The position numbers and the translations under genes were made by a program. Positions 1 through 12,617 of a stretch of DNA of 64,000 nt are shown here, in pieces. Each line of letters opens with the position of its first letter. Within the stretch, counting starts at the first letter, position 1. The notes beneath the pieces were generated by a model that worked only from the letters and a program-made list of their open reading frames with translations, was not told the DNA's origin and made no database searches. The DNA is from Guillardia theta CCMP2712 (taxonomy: Eukaryota; Protista; Cryptophyta). The stretch is from contig NW_005434508.1 of the NCBI RefSeq assembly GCF_000315625.1, forward strand, positions 1-64,000. The letters run 5' to 3'.

Positions 1-307
1 AGGAGGAGGGAGAGGAGAGAAGGGAGGGGAAGAGGTAGAGGGAGAGGTGAGGAGAGAACGGGGAGGAGGGAGGAGGGGAGGGGAGGAGGAGGAACACTAG
101 AGAAGGAGGAGGAGGGAGAGGTAGAGGAAAAGGTAGAGGTGGGGGAAGATTGGGGATGAGGGAGGTGGGGGGGTAGAGGAAGACAAGAAAAGAAGGAGGG
201 AGAGGGAGAGGAAACAAAAATCCTGACATTCTCGGGATGAGCTCTCGGATCGATGCAATCTTGTAGAACCTGCGGCAGTAGAGTCGGAAGTGCGGAAAAC
301 ATGGCAG

Positions 308-361
<54 letters not shown>

Positions 362-2139
362 GGAGGAGGAGGAGTAAGAGGAAGCAGGGGCTCGCACCAG
401 TTTTTGCACGTCTCCCGCGCTTCTTCAGTGACATCTTTGGGACTGTTAGGACGAGCAGTCAGGGGATGGAGCAGCAGAAAACGTGAGCTGGTCGTACCAG
501 AAATCCTCCACCCTGGTCTTCGCCTTGCCCTCCGGGGTCAAACCCTGCGTATGGGAGTGAGAAAGAGGTAGAAGTTGAGAGGAAGGAGGAGGAGAGGGAG
601 GGGAAGATGAAAGAAAGCATGGATGGATCAATGTGAGGGAGGGAGGGAGAGGTGGCAGAAGTGGAGTGAGGGCAAAGAGGAGGGTAAAATGTCGATCTAA
701 GGGAGAGAAGACGGAGGGAAGGGAGGGGAGGGGAGGGTGGAGAGGAAAGTATGGATGGATTGTTGTGAATGAGGGAGGAAAAGGTGGAAGAGGAGGAAGG
801 GGAGGAAGGGGGTAGCGAAGAGGAAGGGGAGAGAGGAGGGGAAGGTGAGGAACGGAGCTCAAAAACCTTCTGCTTGATCCTCTCAAACACCAGCCGCCCG
901 AACGTGTCCAGGATCTCAGTGACAAGGACGAACAGGGAGGGGTAGAACTGAGGCGTGCTCGAGTCGCCCAGCAGCTTCGAGCACTGGATCGCCATCTTCA
1001 GCGCCTTCACCCGCTCCTCCTTGTTCCAAGCCCTCGCCAGCTCCTCGTTCAGCTCCGTCATCTTGGTTACGTACTCCCTCGCGTTGTACCGCACCATGCT
1101 GACCTGCGAGACAAGCTTTTACTCCTCCTCCTCCTTCGCTCCTCCTCCTTCGCTCCTCGTCCCTCGCTCCTCGTCCCTCGCTCTTCGTCCCCCCTCGATC
1201 CCTCCTCCTCATATTCCTCCCTCATCATTTCTTGCCTCCTCATATCATCACTACAACCCCCCCCACCCTCCCCTCCCCCTTCTGACCTCGTTATCTCCAT
1301 CATCGATCGAGTCAAGACGAGCCTTCAGTGTGTTGGCTCCTCTTCCTGCCTTGGCGACTTCCACAGACACGAAGGAGGGCATCTGAATCGTCCCAGTCGT
1401 CGTGAAGCTCTGCACCAGCTGCGTCTTGCGGACCTGCGGCGTTCGAGTGAGTGAGTGAGGGAAGCCCCAAAAAGAAGCCTCGTACATTCCAAGGGACGAA
1501 CAGAGGGTATGCCTCCTCCCCCTCCTCCTCTTCCTCCTCCTTGGCTGCTTCTGCGGAGCAGGAACCGTCATCTCGCCGTGGGGAAGCACCTGACATGCTC
1601 GACAGAGCGTCTTGCTACCTGGCTTGCGGGCCTGGGAAGAAGCATGCACAGCTCGCGACAGAGGGTCTGAGGAGGAGGGTTACAGGTCCGGCTGTGGGTC
1701 GAGGATGAGGATTGCCTGTGAGAGGATCACGAGTCTCCTCGCGTGCGAAGCTCGACAGCGGATCCTTGAAGGAGGACAGAGGGTCGCTTGCCTGCTCCTC
1801 CTTCTTCTGCCAGCGCACAGTTCATGGAGGTACAGGAGGACGAGAGGGACGGACCTTGGCTTGTTCGGGGGCTTCTCTCTTCACATGGTCAAGAGGATGG
1901 GAGGAGGTGGGGGTCAAGAGGGCCTCTTGAGCTGGCAGCATCATCAACGCAGAGCATCATCATCATCAACCAAGAGCAGCATCATCAACGCAGAGCATCA
2001 TCATCATCAACCAAGAGCAGCATCATCAACGCAGAGCATCATCGGCGCATGGCGTCGTCGGAGCACGGCGCTTACCTTTCAGCAGAGGTCTCAACGAAGG
2101 CTCCCATCTCGTACTCAGGCTCTCCCTATCCTCCACCAT
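1..2139 (-). CDS. VPS35L: VPS35 endosomal protein-sorting factor-like (C16orf62/Retriever subunit); multi-exon, 3' part continues off the left edge; start approximate
   Basis: Exon 866-1100 encodes EYVTKMTELNEELARAWNKEERVKALKMAIQCSKLLGDSSTPQFYPSLFVLVTEILDTFGRLVFERI, which matches the conserved N-terminal VPS35L block as I recall it. Further short exons are separated by purine/pyrimidine-tract introns. Confidence 0.85.
1935..2043. repeat. Intronic 41-bp minisatellite (~2.6 copies)
   Basis: gcagcatcatcaacgcagagcatcatcatcatcaaccaaga repeated head-to-tail with no spacers. Confidence 0.85.
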
Positions 2140-2489
2140 TGACCTGACAAGAAGGAGCGTTGAGATGTTGGGCAGGGAATTATGCGCTATCCTACGTAAG
2201 ACCATTGCATTTACAACACCTCCTCTAGGTCAGCTCTGTCTGCTCTCTCATCCTTGCCCTCTTCTCCTTCCTCGTCTCTTGTCTCTCGTCTCTCATCGCT
2301 CCTCGCTCCTCTCTCTTCTTTCTCGTCTCTCGTCTCTCGTCTCTCCTCGCTCCTCTACCCCTCCTGCTTCTACATTGCAAGGCTTGCACTGACGCCCCAT
2401 GGTCGGTGACTCAACCTATCCCTCATCCCCGCTCATAACGATCATCCCCCTCATCTACCGCATGCATCTACCGCTCATCTCATCGGAGT

Positions 2490-2690
2490 ACCCGGACTCC
2501 GGTGCTCACTGGGTGAGTCTCACTCGGAGCAATCCGGGCCGCGCTGAGCAGTGACTCCTGCCTCAGTCCCCTGCTCAGTCCCCGGTCCCCTACCAGAGAC
2601 GGTCCACACCGCACTCAGCTCAGAGGCTCGGCGATTTCCCGGCCGGAGTGACCAGTCGCGTTCAGCCGTGACGGTCCCTGCCCGAACTCT
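2490..2690. promoter_or_regulatory. GC-rich CCGG/TGAGT-ACTCA island upstream of VPS35L
   Basis: Dense ccgg, gtgact, actca and cagtc motifs in non-coding DNA 5' of the gene; the same texture recurs 5' of other genes in the window. Confidence 0.4.
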
Positions 2691-3005
2691 TCGGTTATCA
2701 GGCTTTCAAGATCTGGATCGAACGTTGAGAACACAAGACATAGTTGCAGGAATCACATCTGTTTCGTCTCAATTTATAGCCAACTTTAATTGTTCTCAAC
2801 CTAATGAAGTTTGTGCGTGCCTTTCAAGTTGCAAGTGCTTTCCTACCTCAATGAGCGACTATCTACCACATGCAATTTCAACATTCCACCTTTGCCAAGC
2901 TCACCAACACCCTGGGGCAAAACGGCTATGCATCTAACTTGCTCTACAAACTTCGCCAGCCCTTGGAAACCTCTGTCGGGTCCATCGTATGCTTCCCATG
3001 CTTGT

Positions 3006-3855
3006 TTAGTCAAGGTCCATTCCTCCCTCGCTCTTAAGCTTAGCTTCCAGCCTGTTCACCTCCTCGAGTGTCTTGGCATTTTCAATAGCGGCCTGTGATG
3101 CAAGCTTTAGAAACCAAAACCATCTTGAAAGGAAGAGAAGACAAGAAAGAAAAGGCAATTCAAGCTACACAGAGATTGTCCAGCCGGGGGTTGGGTTGTT
3201 TTACCTTGATTGCGGTTATTTTCTCTTTGTTCGGCTGACTAGAGGTTACTTGAACCCCATTCATTCCATCCGCAAACAACTTTTTAGCTTCTTCCCTTTC
3301 CTGCTCAGAAGCATCAGACAAACATGCAAACAGGTTGTAAGACACACCTTGGTCTTGACCTTCTGAAAATCCAAAACCAAAAGCTTTGGGAGCAAATTAA
3401 TAACATATAACCGGTAGTTCGGCTGTTTTGTAACGTTATTCTCGATGAGGCAGAGACGTCTCAGCGCAGGCAAGTTGCACAGAGGATTGAGATCTTGCAA
3501 ATTCACAATGTTGTTGTTGGCCAGCATTAATGTATGGAGATTCGGCAAGCAATCCTTCAGATCATCTCCAATACGAAATATCAAGTTGTTTGATATTAAC
3601 AGGGTCTTCAGCCTCTTTAGCAAAGGAAAATTCTGCAAGAAAGATCCAATTAGACCTGGTTCAACAAGGACTTGAGCCCGTTACCTCAAGTTTTCGAATC
3701 TCGTTGTCAGACAGGTCTATCGTATCGAATTGATCCTGAGTTGATCCAAGATTCTCGATTGCGGGAATCTTGTACGCCCTCAACTTAATCTCGCGTTCCC
3801 TCAGCGGATTAGTAAATTGAGGGCTGCAAATGACTAGATCGGGAGTAATACGCAT
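3006..3855 (-). CDS. SNRPA1: U2 snRNP A' protein (LRR); exons 3855-3685, 3632-3348, 3300-3205, 3092-3006
   Basis: MRITPDLV..NPLREREIKLRAYKIPAIENLGSTQDQFDTIDLSDNEIRKLE|NFPLLKRLKTLL..YRLYVI..LDFQKVK and C-terminal AAIENAKTLEEVNRLE; all three GT-AG introns keep frame. Confidence 0.95.
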
Positions 3856-3939
3856 TTTCCAGAGTTGTCAAGCTCACAAATGAGCTGAACCGCACACTCC
3901 GCTCTAGCTTTGCAACTGCAGTACAGCAATAGAGATTAT

Positions 3940-4855
3940 GGACGGATTTCTATAGAGTGTAGTCGCACGGACTGTTCCACGAATCTTTCACCCTGATGCA
4001 CAGATTCTGTTCGAAACAAGGGTCAGGAGTTTCATTGACAGGACGCAGCAAACTCTTTGTAGACAAATCAACAAACATCATGATAAACATCGGAACTTTT
4101 TGGGTCTACTAGGACTTCCAACATGATCGAGTACCATCAACTATCCAACCCCTTCTAAGTCTGACTAACATCAGGGCAGCAACTCAGCCCTGGCTACTTC
4201 ATTCTGCATAGACAAAAATTCTTGACCTAAACACCTCACTTTAAATCAGCCTAAGAAATTTTCGCGTTATAAGATAACTGTAGCAGTTTCCTGGATCCAC
4301 AGCGTAAACAAGTGAAATCTTTTTGAAATAACAGTGCTGCGCCCCACTCCATCATCCCTCCACGCTCTGTGCTGTACTACCAGGCCTGGCTACCTCACCC
4401 AGTCATACCAACAGTATCTGATCATGAAATCTTCCAGATGTTATGCACGAACACACTCACTATCATCCTCATAATTCTTTCAGCACAATTGTTACGACAA
4501 AAGGTCCATCCCTTCGGAAAGTGAACCTGCCTTGTCGAATATTCCTCGTTCTAAATCATGTCATCATGACCTCGATCGAAAACCAGCATTCAGATTTCAC
4601 TGCATCCGTGCAGAATAGTCCCATATCTCCTTCACCTCCATCATCTACTCTACCAAACACAACTGACGCCCTCAACAGCCCTTCCGCCTGTTGTGCCCTT
4701 CGCGCTCTGGCCTGGTTCGTACCACTCATTGACTGAGTCTATTCGAACCCTGACATCTACATTTGTTGTTCGCACATTTGAAATCCAGATTTCTGCCATG
4801 CTCTGCTTCATTTCTTCTCCTCCCTTTGGTGTTCCCCATCTCTTCTCCCTGCATC
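3940..4855 (-). CDS. Possible small multi-exon hypothetical gene; boundaries uncertain
   Basis: Several GT(g/a)ag..AG pairs ~50 bp apart with coding-like segments (e.g. VNEWYEPGQSAKGTTGGRAVEGV); no recognisable domain. Confidence 0.3.
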
Positions 4856-4889
4856 GCCGAGGATCGCGGGCCTCTCGTGGCGGTTAACT

Positions 4890-5720
4890 AAAAACCTCAC
4901 CCACCCTATTCTTCTAACCCCTACCCCAGTTTTTGGTTTAGTACCCGTTATTTTTCCTTCTATTACCCCATCTTTTATTAGGAGTTCGTCAACGCGTTAG
5001 AGTAGTGCCCCTTGCTCCTCTACCCCCACCACCTGAAATGGATCTACCCCACCCTACCCTGAAACAGATTTTCTCCCTTCTACCCCGGGTGGTGTGGCCA
5101 ACCCTTCAAGCAGCCATGACCACCACCCCACTCCCCCGGAAAGGACCCGCTCAATTTGAACATACCCCTACCTTGCAGAGAAATTGGTACCCACCCTTGG
5201 GTAGTACCATCCCAGCACCCCCACAGACAACCGTACCACCCCTGTCTTGACCTTCAATTCTGACCGCATGATAGATGGGATCGCCGATTTTACCAAGTGG
5301 GGTGGTGTACCTACCCCTGTCTTTATCTTTGATCCCCGGTCTGGAGGGCGGGTACTTGATATTAAGTAAAAAACAGTACATGGCCTGTCAGTGTTCGGGC
5401 CGCCGTTGACCGGCGCCGGGCCGGGGGGCGTCACTGATCCGGTTCGAATCGATTTGTTACAAAATGATGCGAGTTTTATTTGATTCAAATCAGGCCAAGT
5501 TGAAGTCAAGTTCAAAGAAGGGGTGGGGGGAAGTAGTAGTGGGTAGGGGTACTCATCGGATCATTGCTGTACCCATGATTTAGTACTGTTTCAACAGTCA
5601 AAAATAGGGTAGGGTATATCATCAGGGTAGTATGGACCGAGTTGAGCTGTTAAAGACGGGGGTGGGTATTTATGGGTAGACTCCAATAAGGGGCGGAAGA
5701 CGAAATGAGACTGGATACGA
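4890..5720. repeat. Degenerate TACCCC/GGGGTA-rich intergenic repeat; similar tracts at ~10810-11250, 12350-12580, 52010-52250, 57610-57760, 63850-63900
   Basis: Many ctacccc/taccc motifs on + in the left part and gggta/ggggta in the right part; ggtacccaccc is shared with the 12.4-kb tract. Confidence 0.5.
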
Positions 5721-5928
5721 AGTGAGAGGAGGGGATAGTTATGAGGGAAGGTAGGGAGCGAGAGAGGAGGGAAGGGAAGGACAGAGACAAGAGCAGAGGA
5801 GAGGCGGAAAGGGACAGAGGCATGGATAGGGAGGGAGAAACTGGAGGAGGGAGGGAGGGGGGGGGGTTCAGGATATGAGGGGATCATTGTACAGCACAAT
5901 GTTGTGTTTCTCACAGCAAGTGATAGAG

Positions 5929-8201
5929 ATGAAGATGCAGCAAGTGTGAGGGCAGCAGCGAAGTCCATGAGCTATCATCCATTGCTGTCCTCCGATGTTC
6001 CACTGCATGCAGTTTCGTCTCACATCGCTGAACAATCCTCTTGGTACAGGACAGCATGGCGGTGGACCGTGAGGTCGAAGATCAAGTTGTGGTCGAAGAG
6101 ACCAAGGGCAACCTCAAGGAGGTGAGTTTGAACCATCTTCCAGGCAAGTTGGTGGGCTGATACTCAATGCTAACAGGACGCCAACGGCACTAGCGTACCG
6201 GGCGCTGCTGTGAGTGAGGAGAGCGAGCTTTATGCTCTCCTGTTCACTTGCCTGTGAACCTGATGAGGAGCAGGAGACTGCGCAGGGAAAAGTCAAGATC
6301 GAGAATATCGTAAGCCTGCTGGATCCCAAGAACAATGACTCAAACCTGTATGGCGCCATGTAATGCTGTACCTGGTAACATGAAGGGCAACTGACTGGCT
6401 TCAATAGCAACAGGTGGATTTCCAAGGCACCGGTAGATGCGCGGAAGGGAGGAGAGAGGAAGGAGAGGTCTTGTTGATGGATTGCGCAGGTCTGCTCTAA
6501 GTTGCAGTCGCCGCTGAAGGAAGAGGACTTTGCTGAGGTCAAGGGCAAGCTTTCAGAAATCAGCATCGACGACGAAGGTCTTTTGCCGGCCCTCCGTTGT
6601 CACCTCTGATTTCAACTTGACAGGCTTTGCCATGAGCGACCAAGTCGTCAGGGTTCTTCAGGTACCTCCCAGTGCGAACTCGCGCGCAGCCTCGGCGTGT
6701 TGACGGGGGGGACATCCTAGGAGGAGCCTCTCAGCCTGGAGCAGGGGGAAGCATCTCAGATTGTCGGCTACGTGCAGGAGAGGTGAGGGTGGGCTCGACT
6801 CTCGGCCTCTAGCTCATGGGCATGTAGGAGCCTGCCGCAGCGGACTGTGGAGGTAGCGAAGAAGAACATACAGTCGTTGGTGTCAGTGGCGGGAGCTGCG
6901 AAGGAGAGTGTCCTGGTTGGTGCGGAGAGGGTGAGGAAGCGATTACCTCCTCTCTTCCGTCCTTCCTCCTCCCTCGTCCTCCCCTCCTCGTCCTCCTCCT
7001 TCCTCCTCCCCCCGCCTCCTTCCTCGCCCTCCCCTCCTCGTCCTCCTCCCTCCCTCATCATCATCTCCCCTTCCCTCAACCCCATCTATCCTTCTCTTTC
7101 TCCTTGTCCTTCTCTTCCTTCTCCCTCTCTTTCTCTTCCTCCTTCTCTCCCTCTTCCTCCTCCTCAGCTGCAGCATGCAGGCGTCAGAGACGATCTCGTC
7201 GCAGGCTGACATCGTCTCTCACTGGATCGTGGACGAGGATCGAAGTAAGCTGCTGGCCTTCACTGCTGCTGTTGGGTGACCGGTAGGACTCTAGTCCTCG
7301 GATCCCGCAGGCTCAAGCAGCTCACGGATGTCGTCGTTGACCCAGAAACCTCCAGCAAGGGCAGCAGGTTGAGCATCCGACATTGTTCTCTTGCCCTCTC
7401 TTCGACCTGTTCGTGGCTTCTCCTCCTCCTCCTCCTCCTCCTCCTCCTCCTCCTCCTCCTCGATACTTCTCCTATTCCTCCTCCTCCTCGTGCCATTGTT
7501 GCCGTCATCTCTTCACAGGGTTCTTGGTTCGCGTCGACTGGCAGGACTCCGAAACTTTTTCTTCGGGCCTGACGAGGTTGCCCGATCTTGACAACTTCTC
7601 CTGTCGCTGACGTTTCCTGCCTCTCTTGCCTGTACCTCCACTACCTCGTGATTTCTCTTCCTCTCTCCTCCTCTTCCTCCTCCTCCTCCTCCTCCAATTC
7701 CTCTCCTCTCTCTCCTCTCCTCCTCAACCACCAATCCCTCTACTCTCCCCCCTCCTCCTCCACAACCACCAATCCCTGTCTTCTCCCATCCTCTCCTTCC
7801 CTCTAGCCCGCGGATCCCGGAATCATCTCCTGCCACACCTTCACCACTGAAGCGGCTACTGGCGACTCCAAGGTGATGGTGGGGATGTGTACTCTTGAAG
7901 CTGACGGAGCTGCCTGGGAAGGAGGAGGACGCGAGCGGCGTCAAGAACGAGGGGAAGGCAGGAGACAGCAAGGACGATGCCGACAAGGATGCGGAGGAGG
8001 AGCAGCGGCAAGACGAGCTGGAAGTCTCAACCCTCAGGTATCGCACGCGCCCGGGTGCCTCCCTCCTCCTCCTCTCCCTCACGCCATCCCAGTGAGAACT
8101 TCTTCGAAGAGGCTGCCGCAGTAGAGCAGCAAGGGGCCAAGGAAGGGCCGATCTCGGCATCCTCGCAGGGAGTGGAGGATGATATCTCTGAAGAACAGTG
8201 A
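5929..8201 (+). CDS. Hypothetical acidic protein with >10 short exons; start approximate
   Basis: Consecutive GT-AG-bounded exons (DSMAVDREVEDQVVVEETKGNLKE, VCSKLQSPLKEEDFAEVKGKLSEISIDDE, LPQRTVEVAKKNIQSLV.., ENFFEEAAAVEQQ..DISEEQ*); no recognised domain. Confidence 0.6.
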
Positions 8202-8476
8202 TGGAGGGAGAGGAGAGGGGAGGACAGGTCCTCCCGCCTCGTCCCTATTGGTGTAAACTACAGCAGCGTTCGGCTGCCTGCTGAATGTCAGGAATGTTGT
8301 TCTCTTCATGTGAGAGCGTGTCGCGTGTTATGTGTGTATTGAGATCACAGATGTCCTTCATGTGAGTATGATGATGATTTCCCACAGAGCCAAGGTGCTC
8401 GATAAGATAATGACTGTTGACTATTGTACTTCAATTACAATCCTTCAAACTTCCTCTCTTCACAATTTCATACAAT

Positions 8477-10422
8477 TCACATGGTTTTTACAAGACGAAT
8501 CTTCCCTGCTGCAAGTTCATCGGATTCTCCTGTAACAGCATCATCAGCCCCTGCCTCGCTCCTCCTCCCAGGCTCACCGTCACTTTCTGGAACATGGACA
8601 ACATGTTGTTTGAAGGCATGGAGGTTCCTTTCATCGGCTGTCCTGCTAGGAGTGCGTGAGTGAATAGGAGGAGCTTTTCCCACCTCCCCTTCCTTACCCT
8701 GCTGCTGCGACAACCACGTTAGATTGTTTCCAATTTGCTGGTTGTGCTGAAAGTTGGAAGCCATCTGCAGGTATCGATCACTTTCTTGCTTCCCCACCTC
8801 CCGACCTTCCTAAACCCCCCCCCCCCCNNNNNNNNNNNNNNNNNNNNNNNNNNNNNNNNNNNNNNNNNNNNNNNNNNNNNNNNNNNNNNNNNNNNNNNNN
8901 NNNNNNNNNNNNNNNNNNNNNNNNNNNTTTTTTGGCCTACCCTCCTACCCCTAACCCCCCACCCCCCCTACCCCCCCCCTCCCTCCTCCTCCTCCCCATC
9001 CACGTCATCACCTGCATGCACTGCTGCTGCCCGAGCTGAGACATCGGAAACACCGGGTTGCCGAAGTTCGCCACCGGCCCGTCACCGGGAGGATGCATGA
9101 ACGAGCTGGACGCCGCTCCCAGCTGGGAGAACATGGCTGAGTTTGCGCCCTGCCCGGGCACGTTCTGCCAGGAGACTTTGTGTATCCTCAGAGCACCGGA
9201 GATGTCGTTGCTGGTCTGCGGGGAGGGTAATGAGGAAGAGCTGGACGAGGACGGGACAGTCTTCACCTGCAGGACGACCGAGGGAGAGTTGGTCGAAGGC
9301 ATCGGCATGCCGACTACGGTGCTCGGCTGGGCGCTAGAGCAGTCCTTGCCCGCCATGCCCATGGCTTGCATGCCCTTAGAGCACATCTGGCGGGGGACAA
9401 GTGAGGAGATTGCGGTACGTGGAGCGAGTTAACGAACCTGGTTCTCAAAGCTCTGTATCTTGCTCTGGAGCATCTGGTCGGCAGCGGGAGCGTACAGACT
9501 TGAGAACGTCTCCCCGCTGTCATAGCAAAATTTCCTTGCAAGCCAAAGTCAGGACCCGGAGCCCCCAGCCCTTCACCAGCACTCACTTGCTGTGCAGCGG
9601 AGGAGTAAGGGGGAGCTCGTCGTAGGACGGGGTGAAGTTAGGCTTCGTTTGCGAGCTCTCTTCCATCATGACCGCCATTGCAGGGTGCGCTTCATCCTCT
9701 GTATGAACGCTCAGCAACCGAGAAACGATGCACGGCTCCTCCCTCACCTTGATCTAGCTCATCGCTCTTCTCGGGCAGCCCGAGGTCGGCAAGCGTCTTT
9801 CCTACCCCCAGCATTCAGCACAGACTCGCTCCTCGCCCACCAGCTCACCGTGCCGGTTGAGTTTCTTCATGTACTTCTGCGCGTGTGATCTGACCTGTGG
9901 GAGGAGCGCGTCACGAAAGGAGGCCAGCAAGACAAGCTACCAACCTGAGTCGTGCTCCTCGTTCCCACGTAGGCTGCGATCGCCTTGATGTTCTTGTGCC
10001 CATACTTCTTCAAACCCACCAGGAACCGCCTGTGCTCCTCCGGCAGCCAGTACCTCCCTTGTACTTGCTACAGGGGACGTGGTCAGTTGAGGGTAAAGCA
10101 AGTGAATGAGGAGAACCTCGGCATCCGCTTGTATCATCTCCTTGTTGAGCTCCTTCTTAAGCATAGCAACCTGTTGTGCAAGCAGAGGTGAGAATCGCAA
10201 GAAAGGAGAGAAGGAGGCGGGGCAAGTACCTGTGCCTGAACATCTTTGAGTTCCATCGATAAGCGCTGATTTTCTTGGACGAGCATTGCGCTCCTCATCG
10301 GGTTCATAATAAGGGCTAGGAGAAAGAATCGAAGTCGTCCCAATCGTTTTGTAGAGTTGGGCGTAAAGGTCCGTCAGAAAGTAGTCCAGTCTGTCTCTTG
10401 ACCTGCCTGAGCTCAATTTCAA
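8477..10422 (-). CDS. Single-repeat SHAQKY-class Myb transcription factor with N-terminal coiled coil; interrupted by a gap; ends approximate
   Basis: Spliced exons ~10067-9849 give GRYWLPEEHRRFLVGLKKYGHKNIKAIAAYVGTRSTTQ|VRSHAQKYMKKL; upstream LVQENQRLSMELKDVQAQVAMLKKEL is heptad-like; the C-terminus is low-complexity. Confidence 0.88.
8828..8927. other. Assembly gap (100 N)
   Basis: N run. Confidence 1.
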
Positions 10423-11809
10423 TCAAACGTAAAAGCTCGAGTGTTGAAAAGAAGCCATTCCATTCTCAATCTACAGATGCATCATAACTGAACAAGAGAA
10501 AATATCCTAGCGCAGTCATAGCTCATTCTTTCCAAGATACATCTCTGTCTCCCTGGTATGACATCTGTTTCGAAAAGTGCTCACAGCAACATGTGTAGAT
10601 ATAACTTCTTGCAGTTCACCCATAAACGCCCTCCTGCCATCTCAAAACACCACCCTATCTCCCTTCAAGCATCCTTGCCTCTCAAAATCATCACACCACT
10701 GCTCCTGCTGTCGCTCCCACTCAAGCTGCATTGTTCGCGTTCAAGCACTCTACGGCATCTTGGTTGCATTCCGTGAGTGAAGTGAAAGGGACAGAGACAC
10801 TTTTATATCTGCATTGAGGGTAGGGTACTTGACACTACCCCAGTCTTCATATCTGGGAGAACGTTGAAAGGGTGGGTAGTCACAGGGTCAGTTCTGACAT
10901 GAGGGGTAGTCGTACTTTCATCCTGTGCTGACTGAGATGTCACATGGCACAGGTATTCTCGAGATTGGGACAAAACATTAAAACATTTATCTATCAAACG
11001 ATGTGGTCTTGGGGCCAGTTCATCCATGAAAAGAATCTTTTTCCTTTAAAGGTGACATGAGCTAAACCTATTTTTATAAAAGGGAAGGCGCAGGCAGATA
11101 GAATATCGCTCAGTGGGGTCATTGGTGGGGGCCCTGATGATTTGGTAGGTATATAACACTGGAAAAGGGGGTAGGGGTTAAATGGTATGAGACTAATGAT
11201 GGTGGGGTCACATTTTTTTTCTGGGTATGGTCTTAAGGGCCCTCGTGATCAGATATAAGTTCTTTAAATTTATTTAAAGACCAGGGGGTGCTGCAGATTT
11301 AGGGTCATGGAGCTAGAATTGCCACCACAAAACAACTATCTACTTAGACAATGAATATAAAGAATCATATTTCGTCAATTATTTGAAACTTGCGCCTACC
11401 CTTTACGAAGGTCCGTCATCGTGCCATGATGGGTCCGTGGTCACGTGCACATCACGTCAGGTGGTATCATGTATGATGACAACTTCTTGTCGATTCCGCA
11501 ACGAAATCACAGTATTTCGCTTTGAGACTCCGGAGAGTTGGTTCACCGCACGATATCCGCAATCTTGGGGCAAGTTCTACCTCACCCTGGCACCCTGCAT
11601 CCGTTTTGTTAATTTGCAAAATTTCCCTTCAATATTCAAATTATTTACAAACAGTTGCAACCTCTATTTCAAATTAACTCAGAGAATTTCGAAAGACAAA
11701 CAACAACCCCCCCCGATCTCTTGCTAACTGTCACTGATTACTTTGCTGACAACCAAGAGATCTGTGAAAGCATCGTTTCAAATCTCCTTTTATAGCCTTG
11801 GCTTCGTGC

Positions 11810-12265
11810 TCCGGGGCCGGGCCCGGTCCCGCTCGGACGGACTCAGTCCTCAGCCGAGGCCCTCAGGAGTCACCTCACTGCCGCCGTGAGCCCGGCTGCT
11901 CCGACTGAGCGGCTCGCCGGATCCGATCATGGCATCGGCGGCGATGATGAGGGGTCACTGGCGAGTCACTGGCCTGAGGGCGCGGCCCGGCCCGGCGGCC
12001 CGGTCCGTCACTCGGACCGTGACGGCCCGGGCTCAGCAGGCCGAGTCGCCACACTGGCACTTAGTTGAACTCAAACGCGTACGGTAGTAGCGGCCCGGCC
12101 GCCGCGCTTCCGGGTGGCGGCACCCCGGTGACGACGGTCCCGGCGGCGGCCAGCCTAGGAGGCACCCCCGGACCGCCGCCGGGCCGGGCCGGGCCGCGCC
12201 CGGCGGCCGGAGTGACGCCCGCCCGCCGGTTGCCCGGCAGTTGCTACTACGGCCTGTGACTCATC
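11810..12265. promoter_or_regulatory. Very GC-rich palindromic island in the divergent Myb/LHC intergenic region
   Basis: ccgggcccgg, gccgggccgggcc, gagtcac and tgactca motifs; no credible ORF. Confidence 0.45.
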
Positions 12266-12617
12266 ACTTGCCAGTATCCGTTCGGAGGATCCGTGAGAGT
12301 ATCCGTGAGTATCCGCGAAGGAGAAGGCTGAAAAATGCGAAACAAATTCCCTACTCTACCCACCCTTCTCTTCTGCTACCCACCAGTATTTAATCACTCA
12401 TTTACATATACAAAGTACCGGTCCAATCGATTTCTATTACGAATGGTACCCACCCCAAATTGAGCAGAACCCTATTCTATGACCTCACCCCCGGGCTATT
12501 CGGTACTTTGGTAGGTGGGGGTACTATGATTCGATAGGGTAGTTTTCTAGGGACGGGAGGGGGTGTTTAAAAACTTGGGGTTATAGGCAGAGGAAAGGCG
12601 TCAGAAAGCAGTTCGCC

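Noticed and set aside
253-486. Poly-Met ORFs here and near 18400
   Set aside because: (GAT)n intronic microsatellites.
1935-2043. 41-bp repeats resembling a CRISPR array
   Set aside because: No unique spacers, intronic, eukaryotic context, no cas genes; it is a minisatellite.
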